From Anolis carolinensis (taxonomy: Eukaryota), in contig NC_085846.1 in assembly GCF_035594765.1 (NCBI RefSeq), positions 11,643,190 through 11,707,189 on the forward strand: a stretch of 64,000 nt of DNA, in the 5' to 3' direction. Made by a program: the position numbers and the translations under genes. Under the pieces are notes generated by a model, which was not told where the DNA came from, ran no database searches, and worked only from the letters and a program-made list of their open reading frames with translations. Below are positions 1-13,103 of the stretch, one piece after another. Each line of letters starts with the position of its first letter. Positions within the stretch are counted from its first letter, which is position 1.

Positions 1-1239
1 AACGCATCCCCTGCATGAGTGTCTAACTGTATTTTTAATTTCTATTGTTACCTGCCTTTGTTCCCATATTATGGAGTGAAATGCAATAAAATAAAGTAAA
101 ACCTCATCATCAGGACTGAAAAAGGATTGAGCTGTCAGGCAGCTCCTTTATATGAGATGGGAATGAACACTATTTCCTCCTTCGCCTCAGGCAGCAAAAT
201 ACCATGGGTGCAGTGCTGGGGAATACTTTCAATTTTTAAAGACTTCACAGAATTTGACCAACACAGTTGTACTGCACATCCATTGTACAAAAGTTTTAGA
301 CCCACAAGAAGAAGACTACATCCCAGAAGCCACTAATATGAAAGAACAGCAGAAGTTATCCAAGAAGTTTTTTCTTTCTTTCACAAACAAGTCTCCAAGG
401 GCCTTGTTAAGTATAATGAAGATGGTGGTGCCATCTTCTTCTCCTCCAGTGATAAAATGCTACCTCTAAGGTCCTCAGATGATATATTCTCAGTAATTAT
501 GTTCTTATTCTAAGCAAGGTACTGGAACTCCCACAAGGTTCAATGCATAAAAGTTCCAAGTCAGGATTCATGGCACAGTCCTTATAGTAATGGTCCTCCT
601 GGCCTAAGTCCAACTGGGAGTGTTAACTAGAGTAGGCTCATTGAATCAACAGATTAAGAGTTAGTAAACATTTTATTGTGCTTTTCCTGCATGGTTGGAA
701 GTTGAGCTAGATGCCTATGTGCTTTCTTCCAACTCTATTATCCTATGACTGTATGTGCTCATTGATGTAATAAATCTACTCTAGTTCAAAGCATCAATTA
801 AATATGGTTCCATATTTCTATGATGTACCACATCAAACTACTACTAGGTCTTAAAAGATTGACTGCTTCATGGAAAACAAACTCTCTTCCACATAGAGAA
901 AGAAGTATTTCAGGCCGAAGCATTCTGGCAACCTTCTCCTTAAAACATATCTACCAGCTTTGAGATGTAGTAATTCAACACATAGCTAAATCCCATTAAT
1001 TCAATGGGTCTGTTTTAATGGGAGCCAGGTCCTTTTCTGGGGATAGATCTGCACCACATCGTTGTCATCAGTTGGGTATCATTTTAATTGTAGTGGCTCC
1101 ATCCTATGGATTCTAAGGGTTTGTAATTTAGCAAGGTACTTCAAATTCTGTAGAGCTCTGACTAAAAACTATAAAACCCAGGATTCCACAGATACAGGGT
1201 GGGTAACCCCTGGCTTGACAATAATACATATGGAAATCT

Positions 1240-2300
1240 TCAGCTTAGGAGCTTTATAAGACCACAAGCTGAATGTGAGTCAACAGTATGATGTGGCAGC
1301 CAAAAAAACCAATGTGATTCTAGGCTGCATCAACTGGAGTATAGTGCCTACTCTGGGGGATATAATAGTACTACTCTATGCTGCATTGGTCAGATCTCAG
1401 CTGGAATACTGTGTCTAGTCCTGGGCACCACAATTCAAGAAAGACATTGACAAGCTGGAATGTGTCTGGAAGAGGAAAATCAAATGGCAAAAAGTCTGGA
1501 AACCAGGCCCCTGGACAGTGGTTCCCAACGTGTGGTCTGTGGACCACCATTGGTCCGCAAGAACTAAAATATGTTCCGCAGCCTCACCTACTACTATGGA
1601 TAATAACAGCCCGACCAAAAATATGTTTTTTTTTCTTCGTGTCTTCGTTTCTAGGCCTGTTCCTCGGGTTATCTGGGATTTAGAAAATTACCCTAGATAG
1701 ATCACATCAGCTCTAGATTATTAAATATGGTTTTCTGTAGGCGAGCAGATAGTCACTACGGGATGGCATATGTTCTCTATCAGAAACTAGAGCTAATGTG
1801 GTCTATCCAATGCAATTTTCTGAATCAGCAACCCAAATAACCAAACTGAATCTAAAGTTGACCAAAAACTGATTTGCAATCCTTTTGGTACTAATGTTGA
1901 GGTGGTCTCTAGTCAAAGTGGTCCTTAGTCAAAAAAAGGTTGGGAATCACTGCCCTAGGAGAAAGGAATTAGACATGTTTAGCCTGGAGAAAAGAAGGTT
2001 GGAGGTGACATGATAGCCATGCTTAAATATTTGAAAGGGTGTCATGTTGAAGATGGAGCAAGCATGTTTTCTGCCATAGACTAAGACATGGAGTAATGAA
2101 TTCAAACTACAGGGAAAGAGTTTGCACCTAAACATTTGGAAGAATTTCATGATACTAAGGTAGTGAGATACGCTGCCTCAGAGTGATTGAGTCACACTCT
2201 TTGGCTGTTTTTAATCAGAAGCTTGATGGCCATCTTGTCAGTAGTGCTTTGTTCATTCTTGCATGGTAGAATCTTGATAGTCCTTGGATTCTCTTCCAAC
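1240..2300 (+). mobile_element. CR1 LINE 3' fragment, interrupted by a hAT element
   Basis: Typical CR1 ORF2-end sequence (gaccacaagctgaatgtgagtcaacagtatgatgtggcagcc; tttagcctggagaaaagaagg) and a ttccaactc-type tail. Boundaries approximate. Confidence 0.8.
1516..1952. mobile_element. Non-autonomous hAT DNA transposon
   Basis: TIRs CAGTGGTTCCCAAC / GTTGGGAATCACTG; degenerate 8-bp TSD cccctgga/ccctagga. A partial second copy lies at about 46850-47153. Confidence 0.8.
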
Positions 2301-2693
2301 TCAATGACTCAATCTCCCAACTTCAGTCACCAGATTATCAACCATCAACCTTATTAAAATCCCTTCCAGTATTCAAGCAATCACATTCTTATTCATTTAT
2401 TCATCTGTATCCCACCAGTTCCTTACCTTTTTATCTAATATATTACACAACATTTTATAGTAAAGGTCAATTATATCAGACATGCATATAGAGGAATTCC
2501 GCAGTATTACAAATTCCACAACTTTTTATGAGTATAGAAATCTTCTAAGTTATTGTCACTTTGCTAAAATACAATGGCTCAGTAGAAAATCCTGTGGTGA
2601 TAACCAATTAGCATGCAGATATAAGCAGAAACTAGTTTTCTCTCACAAAATATTTTATTGAAAAAAGATGCACAACATAATAGATCAGTTCTA

Positions 2694-3665
2694 TTAAAGC
2701 AATAAGCATTTGTTACATTCTCTAACATATAGTTTGTTTCTCATTGTTCTCTTCAGAGCGACTTGGACCTCTTTGTTTCTCAAAGTGTAGATTATAGGGT
2801 TCAGCATAGACGTCACAACTGTATAAAACAAGGCCAGGAATTTGTCACTCTCCGCTGAGTAGCTGGATTTTGGCCTAAGATATGTGATTATGCCTGAACC
2901 ATAGAATAAGGAAACCACAATGAGGTGTGAAGAGCAGGTGGAGAAGGCTTTACGCCTACCCTCGGCTGATGGCATCCTCAAAATGGAGATGATGATGTAT
3001 ACATAGGATGTGAGAATCAGAAGGAAAGGTACAGTGATGAAAAGGACGGCCACCATGTATACAGCAATGGCGTTCATTGAGGTGGCCCCACAAGCTAGTG
3101 TCAAGAGGGGTGGGATATCACAAAAGAAGTGATTGATTCTGTTGGGCCCACAATATGACAGGCTAAAAACATAATTGGTTTGGCCTAACCCCACCATCAC
3201 TCCCACTGACCATGAGACCATGGAAAGCTGGGCACAGACACTCCGGTTCATGATGACATTGTAGTGCAATGGCTTGCATAGGGCCACAAAGCGGTCATAG
3301 GCCATAGCTGCAAGGAGACAGCATTCTGTGATGCCGAAGAGGGTGAAGAAGTACATTTGGGTGGCACACCCCCAGAGTGAGATCTTGCCGTTCTTTGATA
3401 CCAGACTTGCCAGCATCTTGGGAACAATGGCAGTGGTGTAGCATATTTCTAACAGGGATAAGTTGATCAAGAAGTAGTACATGGGTGTATGGAGGGTGGC
3501 ATTTAATTTGATCACTGTGGTGATGATGGCATTTCCAGCAAGTGAGGCAGTGTACATGAAGAGAACCAGCACAAAGAGGAGGGTCCGCATCTGTGGCAAT
3601 TCGGAAAACCCAACAAAGATGAACTCGCTCACGAGAGAAGAGTGATTAGGCATGACCCATGTCAT
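2694..3665 (-). CDS. Olfactory receptor, class II (OR10-like), intact 323 aa
   Basis: OR motifs LHTPMYYFL, MAYDRFVALCKPLHY, HFFCD, KAFSTCSSHL, MLNPIIYTLRNKEV; N-terminal NHS glycosylation site. Splice acceptor (ttacag) directly before the ATG; AATAAA at 2654-2659 on the minus strand. Confidence 0.96.
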   Translation of the reverse strand: MTWVMPNHSSLVSEFIFVGFSELPQMRTLLFVLVLFMYTASLAGNAIITTVIKLNATLHTPMYYFLINLSLLEICYTTAIVPKMLASLVSKNGKISLWGCATQMYFFTLFGITECCLLAAMAYDRFVALCKPLHYNVIMNRSVCAQLSMVSWSVGVMVGLGQTNYVFSLSYCGPNRINHFFCDIPPLLTLACGATSMNAIAVYMVAVLFITVPFLLILTSYVYIIISILRMPSAEGRRKAFSTCSSHLIVVSLFYGSGIITYLRPKSSYSAESDKFLALFYTVVTSMLNPIIYTLRNKEVQVALKRTMRNKLYVRECNKCLLL

Positions 3666-4986
3666 CTGTAATCAATTGAAAACATTGAAGAATCATTAGT
3701 CAGAAATGATGCACATTTCCCTCCCCTTCCCTACTCTACCAAATCTTAATTCTCTCTACATAGCTATGGATTCATAAACTTATTAAAGACTTGGATGTAG
3801 GATCTCAGCCATCGAGTTTTAAGATATTGATTGCAACTGCTCACTGTTAGTTTCAACTAAATATATTAAGATATATATAACATGTTCAAAGAACAGACCC
3901 ACTAAAATCTCATTAAAAGCTACAACGTAGATATTTGAGATCTTCAAAACAAAGTAATTAAAATGTCTACACACTCAAGCAATAGAAACTGGTAATTTCC
4001 TTTGACCTTGGGAAGCAAAATACTTTATCTGTATTGTGTGCCTGCCTATCGATCTATTGCTGTTGGCTGTCTTTAAATAATTTCTGACTTATGATTTAAA
4101 AACTCACCTATCACAGGATTTTCTTGGCAAGATTTGCCCTTGTCTTCTCTGAGGCTGAGGTTCAGAGTGTCACCCAATGGGTTTCCATGGTCAAGCTGAG
4201 ATTCAAGTCCTGTTTTACAGGGTCATAATCCAGTGCTCAAACCACAAAGCTCTAGATTTCTATCTCAGAACTGTATTAGAAAGAAAAGAGACCTTCAGAT
4301 GCATGCATAGTGTTAGTGTGTGTGTGTGTGTGTGTGTGTGAGTGAGTGTGTGTGTAGAGAGAGAGAGAGAGACAGAGAGAGTATCTCTCATTCAAAATTC
4401 AAAATACTTCAAAATTATCCACATGGATGGCTAAGATGACACCTTTGCTTTCTGATGGTTGTCAATGTCTACACAAACTTTGTTTGAAACTCAAAATTAA
4501 AATATTGTGTATAATATTACCTTCAGTCTACATGAATAAAATATAAATGAAACATCAATGAATTTCACATTTAGACTAGGGTCCCATCTCCAAGATATTT
4601 CAATGTATATATAAGTATTTCAAAATCTTTTTTAAAACCCTGAAATACAGAGCATTTCTGGTCCCAAGCATTTCAAATAAGGGATGCTCAACTTGTACTA
4701 TATTCCAATCTCTACAGAATTTCATATCAACCATCACCTCCTAGCTCTCAGCTTCCAAAGCTATAATTACTCTGAATACATCATATTTTAAAATTTTGTT
4801 TTTGAAAGAATAGATATATTCATGTCTAGCAAACTAGCAATATCTAAACTGACTTGCAGTAGCAACATCCATGATCTGCTCAAGAAACCATTTTGAAAGA
4901 CAAAAGGCTTGCCTTTTCTTCAAGGTGGACTGATTTTCTTTGAAATGTAAGCCACATCTCACTGTTTGCATTAAAAGAAATCATGC

Positions 4987-4995
4987 ACTTACCTC
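4987..4995 (-). other. Putative donor site of the non-coding 5' exon of the OR gene
   Basis: GAG|GTAAGT on the minus strand (exon end 4993), upstream of the acceptor abutting the OR ATG. Confidence 0.5.
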
Positions 4996-6104
4996 CGCCA
5001 CCCTATCACTCATCTAAAGAAAGACTTCAACAAGATTGAGTCAATGAGTATATTTCTACCATCATCTCATTGCCCAAGAGGTTTCAGCAGTAAATCAACT
5101 CCCTCCCGATTTCCCATCTCGAAGGGCACAGCTTCGAGAAAGATCTTGTTTCTAGCTTGCCTAGATGTTTTCCAAAATATGAACATCATTGATTTATTGC
5201 TGGTTAGTAAGAAAACACAGGAGTTGTCATTTCATGCATTCAGGTCAAGTCCAGTTTACGGTAATTCTATCACAGAGTTTTCTTGGCAAAGTTGGTTGGC
5301 CACTGTCTTCCTCTGATACTAAGAGTTCGTGACTATGAATCGTAGAGTTGGAAGAGATTGCAAAGGCCATCGAGTCCAAGCCCATTCTGCCATGAAGGAA
5401 TACACAATCGATGTGAAACAGTGTGCTTCCATGAAGGAGAATATGGATTCTAGCCTTAATGAGTCCACTTGCAAACCACTACACTATGCTGGTTCTGAAA
5501 GCATAATATACCACGTTTTGTATTAGCCAAGCATGTTATTAATAAGGAAGGACATTCAAGGTAGAGTAGGCTGCAAACTTTTCTTTTTGTTTGAACCTAT
5601 CAGGAAGGACAAGATTCTGCCCTCTTCTATCCTCTCCTGCCGGCTGAAGGCATTGGAAAAATTTAAAAGCATATGTAAAATGGGATAGTAGAGGATTAAC
5701 TGGTACTGTCCAAGGGTATAGATTGGGACATATGTTCTTCAAAATGCAGCTTTAAAATTGTCTGCCTATGTGTTGTGCTTATATACATTTGGAAGTGCAG
5801 CTGTTAATGTATTATCAGTACTTGGAGATAAAGTAAATAGAAGGGAGTAGGTAGATAGTCTGTATTTAGAGAGAGGTTCCAGCAAATTGTTGAGGGCCAA
5901 ATAAGTTTATTGACATATTCAAGTATCACAAAGACCAGATAGGAAAAGAGCTGATGACATTCTCAAGACCTCATTGCAAGGCAGTGTCACCTCATAACTC
6001 AGTCTTGCAAAACTGCAGTTGTTTCTGCCTTGAAAACACGAATTGTTTGTCCTGTTTTGTCTTTCAAGAACAGCCTTAAAACACTGTGGTAAGTAAATGA
6101 ACAC

Positions 6105-6575
6105 TGCTGTACTTCAGCAAAACATAAAGAACAGCACACTCAGTGAAATAATGCAAACGAAAGCAAGGAAGTCTTAGGGCAAACACAGTTCTTAGTCTCT
6201 GATAAATTCTCAAATCAAATAGCAGTCTTACTTTAGACAAAGAAACAGCAATAAATCTTTAGGAGCAGTTTCCCAGATGCAGACTCAAAGCAGGCACAAG
6301 GAGAGCGAAGAGTCAGTTTGTTACCAGCAAAAGCTGGCTGCACCTGCTTCTGCTTTATAGCCCTGAGTCCCCTCGCAGCTGCTAGGGCAGTTCCCAATCA
6401 CTCAGCTGCATTTCTGGCAGCTATTCTAGCTGAACAACGTCTCTGCTCTGTTTCCTTTCACCTCTCCTGAAATGTGGGTACATGCAAAATCTCCTCCTCA
6501 GGTTCCAACTCAACATCAGATTCATGAACATGTTCCTGCTCCCCTTCCTCTTCTGAAGGAGAGGTATCTCTAACA
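6105..6575 (-). mobile_element. Possible degraded solo LTR (Gypsy-like)
   Basis: TG...CA bounded block with TATAAA (ctttatag at about 6354) and a CCAAT box; no TSD found. Confidence 0.3.
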
Positions 6576-7098
6576 TTGTTATTGCATGTCTATTCCTTAT
6601 TTTTCTTCCAAAATGGCCTCCCATCCAGTTGCCATCAGATTGTTCGCTTTGACCTTCTTTCCCCCTTCTTGTTCTGTCTTTACCCCCTTTATCTATATAT
6701 ATTTTGCGTATAACACAAGGAAGCTTATAGAAAAATGGAAACCACTACAGATAAAAAAAACTGGGTAAAAAAATTAAAAACATATTGTTAAAATATAATT
6801 AAATGATCTGAAGATGAAAAACAATGTATAACTTATAAAAATGGTATGGCAAATGTAATCGTGTGTATTTACACAAGTCCTATCCTTATAAAGAATTAGT
6901 TCTCAAAAGCCTATACAATAAAGATGTTTCCAGCTGCTGATCTAATGACATCAAGGAGGGAGCCAGTCGGGTCTTTTTAGAAAGGGACTTCTACAGCCAC
7001 ATTACTCCACAAATGTGCCATGAATTAAGCCCCTTCTCAATGGTTCCCAACTGAAATAAAGTCAAATCTGGGTTATGCTTGGTTCCTGTTAGTTCCTG

Positions 7099-7649
7099 TT
7101 ACACCAGAGGAGTCAGGAGACACATGGGTTCACCATTGAGTCCATTTTTGTTGACACCTGGGCTGAACATTGGGTAAAGGCATTCAGTGAAAATGTCCAA
7201 GAAGGTGAAGATGTGATCCATGGTGTCAGCATCATAGAAGGAGACCTGTCCCCCTTCGTAATCCAGGTAGACCCCCACTTTCTGGGGCTTGACCTTTGGA
7301 TACAGCTGTTTGGATGGAGAGTCTAAGGCCTTGTACTCATTGCCGTTCCTCAACCAAATGGCCCAAAATCCATTGCTGGGCTTGACCGTTACTTTGGCTT
7401 CCTTCCTGTTGACCGACTCCTTGGCCACACCAATGTCCCAGCTGGTTTTATCTCCCACTTTGACTTCCCAGTAATGCCGCCCTGAAGTGAACCCCTGGGC
7501 ACCCAGAACGCAAACAGACTTGCTGAACCTCTCTGGCCCATCAGGGACTTCCTCCTCAGGGTTGTCCTCCAGGCGTACTGTGTCAAGATCCTTAGAAAGC
7601 ACAAGGTTGGGGTGGTTGGTGGCAGGATCCAAGGTTATAAAGCAAGGAG
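7099..7649 (-). CDS. TRIM exon 6 (PRY-SPRY/B30.2)
   Basis: acag|CT CCT TGC...; in frame with ORF 7099..7632; stop TAA. Confidence 0.93.
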
Positions 7650-10600
7650 CTGTTGAGAAAAGAGCAAAACACGGTCACCAAATAGTTGCCAACTTTTTAA
7701 GCATCCTCTCTAACCCCAACTCAAAGGAAATAAAGAGCATGTGTGTACTAAATTGGCAACCCAAATCCAATACTTTTTTTAAAATATCATTTATCCCCAT
7801 CTCCAAAGGCAAATGGCTCAAATGTCAACTGGTTGTGACTTTGGTCTGAATTTCAGTCTGAACTTCAACTACAAGGTACTGGACCCTAAACTTTAATAAA
7901 GCTCTGTTAAACTTCAAACTTTGGAATACTTAGTCCTGCATGCATACTTTGCGAAGATGTAAATCCCATGCTGAATTCCAGCCATTACTTGTGTCCACTC
8001 CTCTGCTAACAATGCCAGTTACAGCATGGCCCCCATATCCACAGGACCAATTTCGGTAATTTCATTTATCCACTCTGGGAAATTGTGGCTCCTCCTCATA
8101 TCTCTAAATCAAGTCTGCGCAACCTGTAGCCTTCCGGGTATTTTGGACTTCACCTCCCAGAATCCAGCTTGACCATTTAACAAGCCTCTGGGATTCCCAA
8201 ACATCTGGAGGGCCTCATCTAGTTGTTGTCTAGCCTCCCTCCCCTTTCCCCAGTGCAACTTGATACTATTATTGGGCCAGAACTCCCCTCGTTTCAGCAA
8301 GTTTTGCATATCCACACAAAGTCTGGAAATCTATCCCCTGTGGATACGGGAGCTGAACTATAATTTTGACCATTCCTCCAATACTTACAAGGCCTCAGGG
8401 CTGGCAACATTTCTTTCCACACCATGTACTGAATTGGGCCCTTGAACTGGCCCAAGTTGAAACCACGAGAAACTGTGGGCAAGGTAGACCACTTTTCTTC
8501 ACTGAGACAATACCTGTGAAGATAAATAAATCATTGAATCTTCATTATAAGCAGATTTTATAGGGATGATCTCAACTCTGTATGAGACTGATGAAGCTAC
8601 AAGATGGGGACAGCTGGGGACATGTACATTTGATAATGTACATAATAACACTTTTCACCTTGCTGATTGACATGGTTATATATGGTTCAATATTAGAAGA
8701 AAAGGGGGGAATCTGTGTGGATGTTGAGATATAGATTGAGGATGGTTCCTCATGCCTCACCCTAGGCATCATTGGATTCAGAGGTCCAACTTCCATGCCC
8801 CATCTTAGTTCATAGGTTCAGAGAGTTTCAAGTTTTCCAAATCTCCATAAAGCTTATTGAGCTCATGAAATGGCTCTTGAACCAAAAAATGGAAAGTAGT
8901 CTCCACTCTAGATATTTCCCAGAAAGTAGCCCAAGTAAACACAAAATAGGGAAGAGGGGATAAACAAACAGGTTCAAAATTTGAGAATTTTCCAAAGAGT
9001 GTGTCATGACACACTGGTGTGTTGGCTTCAGTGTTTAAATGTGTCATATGAACATAACGAGAAACGACAAACATCTTGGAGATGTACATTATTTTATAAA
9101 TCATATATTTTAAAATATATAAATGAAAAGTTTTCATGGGATATGTTGTGTCCTCATTCATTTCATAATTTCAATTTATGCATGTATCCATATCTTTTAT
9201 AAGGGGTTGGTTTAATCTTCGATTTGCTAGTAAAACTGAATTATTGCATCATGAAATTGTGCGTCTATATAAACGGTGTGTCACCAACATGAAATGTTTG
9301 GAAAGCTCAGCTCTACTTACTTCTCTGTGAAGACCTTGATGTCCTGTGGAAAAAGATAGCAGGAATTAGTCAAGGGGCAGCTGTTGTAAGGACACTGCCA
9401 GCTCAACAAACATTTCTGATTCTCCATATTTTTTATTCCTAACCCATTGTTGTCCTCACCATAAATTATATGGCTAAAGTGAAGAAAGTTTGGAGTAACA
9501 CAGAGAAAATGTAATGGCTTGATGGATAGAGAACTTCAACAAATTTCGATATTCAGCCCCACCTTGTGCCAGCCTGGTGGCCTCCAGATGTTTCACAGTG
9601 CATAGGATTAATGCAGTTTTATATCATTTTAACTTCCATGCTCAATGCTATGGATTCTTGTGAGTTGTAGTTAGATGAGACACTAGCATCTTTTGACATA
9701 GAACTACAACTTCCATGATTCAATAGCACTGAGCCAAGACAGTTAATTCTACAGTATAGATATAGCCTTGGAGTCCAAATTTCAGGATTCCTGAGAACTA
9801 ACTGTGCCAGCTGATGAGACAGTCCAAAACATATGGAGAAACAATTTTGCTGAGATATGCTCTCACCTTCAGGAAAGTTTCAGGGTCTTGGTGTTCCTCA
9901 AGCCGAGTTTGGATCTTAGCCATGTGTTCCTCTGCCATGTGCATTTGCTCTTGCCCATTGCGCTGGTTCCTCTCCAGTTCGCTCACCAGGAGTTCCTCCT
10001 CGTGCCGGAGTGTCCTCTTCATGGCCGCCTCCTTCTCCTGGAGCCACTGGTGAAGCTCAATGAACTGGGCCGAGAGGTGCTGCTCCAAACGGAGCCGCTG
10101 AGCCTAAAAAGGGGAAAATGACAGAGAAGACGACTGTATGAATGCATACTTCTCTAGGCAGCGCTTGGTCTCGCTGAAGCAGACCATAGCATTGTGCATG
10201 AGGACCAAATGGTATATGCAAAAATTATACAAAATGTCCAAGAATGAATTCCCTCACACAATACAGGGGACTATTACATTTTCCATAAAACTAGAAAAAA
10301 AACTTACTGTAATTTCTGGAATTTTCTGGGCACTCTGCTCTTGCAGTAGTCTTGCTGCTTGGGCTCTTGTTTCCAGTGATGCTTGAGCAGCTGTTAAGAT
10401 CTCCTAGACAGAAGAAGAGACATTTTTTAAAAGCCAAAACTAACATATATTTATTTGCAGGGCATCCAGTGTCCACTTGAAGTGCCATGGCTCAATGCTA
10501 TGGAATTCTGGAAATTGGAATTTTACAAGCCCTTCAGCTTTCTCTGCGCAAATGCTGGTACTTCCCCAAATTACAACTTGCAGGATTCCATTGCATTGAG

Positions 10601-13103
10601 CCACGACAGTTAAAATGCTCTCAAATTGTAATAATTCTACAGTGCAGATGCACCCACAGAAATGATACTGAAGTTTAAACATTCATTTATGGTTCATATA
10701 CACTTATACACATAGCTTGAATTTTATAAATTATTTTAAATCATGCATGAAATAACATTTGTGCAGTTGAACCACCAGAAAGCAAGAGGGACTTTATCTC
10801 ATCCACCCTCTACATCCACCCGGTAGGCTGTTAGGAATTGTGGGAGTTGCAATCCAAAACACCTGGAAGGCCAAAGTTTGCCCATGCCTGCTCTACATAT
10901 TTTCAGAGCTTGGAGTATTTCAGATTTTGGAATTCAAGGGAAAGGGTTGCTCTATCTGCATTATTATTATTAGTATTATTGATCTACTTTTCTTCAAATA
11001 AGGGGACCATAGTACCAAGCAACATATTTGAATGCTATACAAAAAAACTTTGAAAAAAGTCGTAATATAAACATTACTTTAAGGCAACTAAACAATTTAT
11101 AAAGTTAAATAGTTAAACAATAAAAAGCATCAATCTTCATTAAAAGACAATGCCAAGCATAACATAGCACATCACATCACTGAAAGCCGTTGCATTTAAG
11201 TTCTTAAAAGATTTGCGCCACGGAAATGTTTGCAATCACCAAATGGAAGTTCAAACTAAAATTTAGACTAAAACCCAGATCAGATTCACTAACATGGGGG
11301 ACATCAGCCAGAACTGGAAAAAAAATGCAAAATCAAGAGTGGCATACAAAAGTTATTTTGGGCTTTCAGAGGAACAGGATCCCCAGTTGCATTGACACAG
11401 AAGATAACGCCTATAGTATACCAAGGGATCTTGCAACATCTTAGAGACTAAAAAAGGGAATTCCAAAGTGACATGTCGCCCTCTGGTGGTGTATTGTAGT
11501 AATACAATCGGTGCTGACCAAAGAGTTTCTCCCATTAGAGTAGTCAGCCACACCAAGGTCCCACTTTGTCCAATATCTGGTTTCCTATAATGACTAAATA
11601 ATACTTTGAGGATGCTAAAACCTGGAAACCATAACAATCTGGCTTTCTGTTTTTGCATGATGACTTTCTGCATTTTCACGACTCATTCTGAGTCTGACTA
11701 TGGTGATATCTCCATCATGGTTGGCCAGGACCAAAACTACAATTTAACAGAATGAGACACCTTCCTATGTCAGCTCCCTGGTGGTTCCTCCAGACTTCCT
11801 AGAAATTATTTTGTGTTGAAGACAGAGCAGTGTATATCACACACTATCTGTCGTGAGTCTTTTTCACTAGTCTACTGTCGCTAATTTCATGGAGGATATT
11901 ATATCCCACTGCTGGCATTCAAGGGCTTCAAGTCAACAACTAATCCAATCATCTTCTGGACTTCGATAGGGGAGAGGACTTCGTCTTATCCTTCCTTTGA
12001 GGAACATCTCAAGTTTACTGGTATCTAGCAACTTCCATGTCAGAGGGTTCAGAGAGCACTCTTGGGCTTTTTATTTTCCAATTTTAGAGGAACTAGTCCA
12101 AGATGTAGACCTTTAGCATCATAGATAAGTCCTTTAAAGTATGGGATAAAGTCATTGTATGACCTAGCACAAGCCTTCCCAACTGCCACTGCTTGGGCTG
12201 AGAATTTAGGTATATTTGTTCTTTGTGAAGCCACCATATACTACTTTTTAAAGCCTCCAAAAACATATGGCCTTCACATTACACAGCAATGAATTCCACA
12301 TACTGAAGTTGCTTTCAACATTCCTTTCACATACACCTGAATCCATTTTCTATCAATTTCATAGGGTGGCTCCACAGTCGAATATTATCTATGATGCCTT
12401 TAGTAGCCCTGAATATGCTTTTCCTCGTGTAAGTTTTTTAATCCCACTTTCAAAAGGCCTCTAAAGCATGTGACCTTCATACTACAGAGCTAGTAATTCC
12501 ATACATTTGTTAAATGTTGCCTTCAGCATTCCTTTCATCTATATCTGAAACAATTTGCCATCAATTTCACGGGGTGACTCCAAATTGTATGGGCAAAACT
12601 AAGCAGGTGGTATACTTGTGCCTTGTGTTGCCCACCTAATCCAGACCTTCACAGTGACTCCTACTGACCTTATAGTGCTCCACAGCCTCATCTAAAGGAA
12701 GACATGGATGTCCCCAATGCTCCAGTTGCAACGACCTCACAAGACAGCCGTCGTCGGTGCAAAAGAGTCTGTCCCCCTGCAACTCCTCATCGTCATTCTG
12801 CTCCGTTTCGGCATCCTCATCACTAGCATGAGCGGAGAGAGACTCCATGGCCTTCCTTGCCAGCTGCCCCAGCACCCGGTTGGCTGTGAATTTTCCCTCT
12901 GGGATCTCACGCCGGCACTCCGGGCAAGTGGGATGTGGCACGTCCGCTCCACCGTTGACGGGTATCTCTGCCCAGTAGCGGGTAATGCAAGCTTGGCAGT
13001 AATTGTGCCCACATTCCAGCATGACAGGATCCAGAAAGAGCTCCAGGCAGATCGAACAACGCAGGTCTTCTGCAAAATCCTCCACTCCGGTTGGGACCGC
13101 CAT
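7099..13103 (-). CDS. TRIM E3 ligase (RING, degenerate B-box, coiled coil, PRY-SPRY), TRIM69/A33/XNF7-like; join(13103-12669,10403-10308,10103-9867,9343-9321,8513-8389,7649-7099), 488 aa
   Basis: All introns GT-AG. Exon sizes 435/96/237/23/125/551 fit the canonical class IV TRIM layout and keep the frame open. C3HC4 [23 protein letters not shown]; [16 protein letters not shown] motif as recalled for TRIM69-type proteins; LDPAT-HP-L, YWEV and [17 protein letters not shown] motifs. Confidence 0.92.
8389..8513 (-). CDS. TRIM exon 5 (125 bp linker)
   Basis: acag|G...CCT T|gtaag; [41 protein letters not shown]. Confidence 0.88.
9321..9343 (-). CDS. TRIM exon 4 (23-bp micro-exon)
   Basis: acag|GACATCAAGGTCTTCACAGAGAA|gtaag; the canonical 23-nt TRIM exon. 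Confidence 0.85.
9867..10103 (-). CDS. TRIM exon 3 (237 bp, coiled coil)
   Basis: ttag|GCT...AAG|gtgag; [21 protein letters not shown]...ETFLK. Confidence 0.9.
10308..10403 (-). CDS. TRIM exon 2 (96 bp, coiled coil)
   Basis: ctag|GAG...ACA|gtaag; [32 protein letters not shown]. Confidence 0.88.
11475..11490 (-). promoter_or_regulatory. CTCF motif
   Basis: Minus strand CCACCAGAGGGCGAC matches CCASYAGRKGGCR; a weaker same-orientation site lies at 11771-11784. Confidence 0.6.
12669..13103 (-). CDS. TRIM coding exon 1 (RING + B-box relic)
   Basis: ATG at 13103 (gtcATGg); ends HYK|gtcagt, phase 0. Confidence 0.92.

Noticed and set aside
7099-13103. Naming the RING gene RNF112 or TRIM69
   Set aside because: It has no GTPase domain, so it is not RNF112; similarity to TRIM69 is family-level only and orthology is untested.
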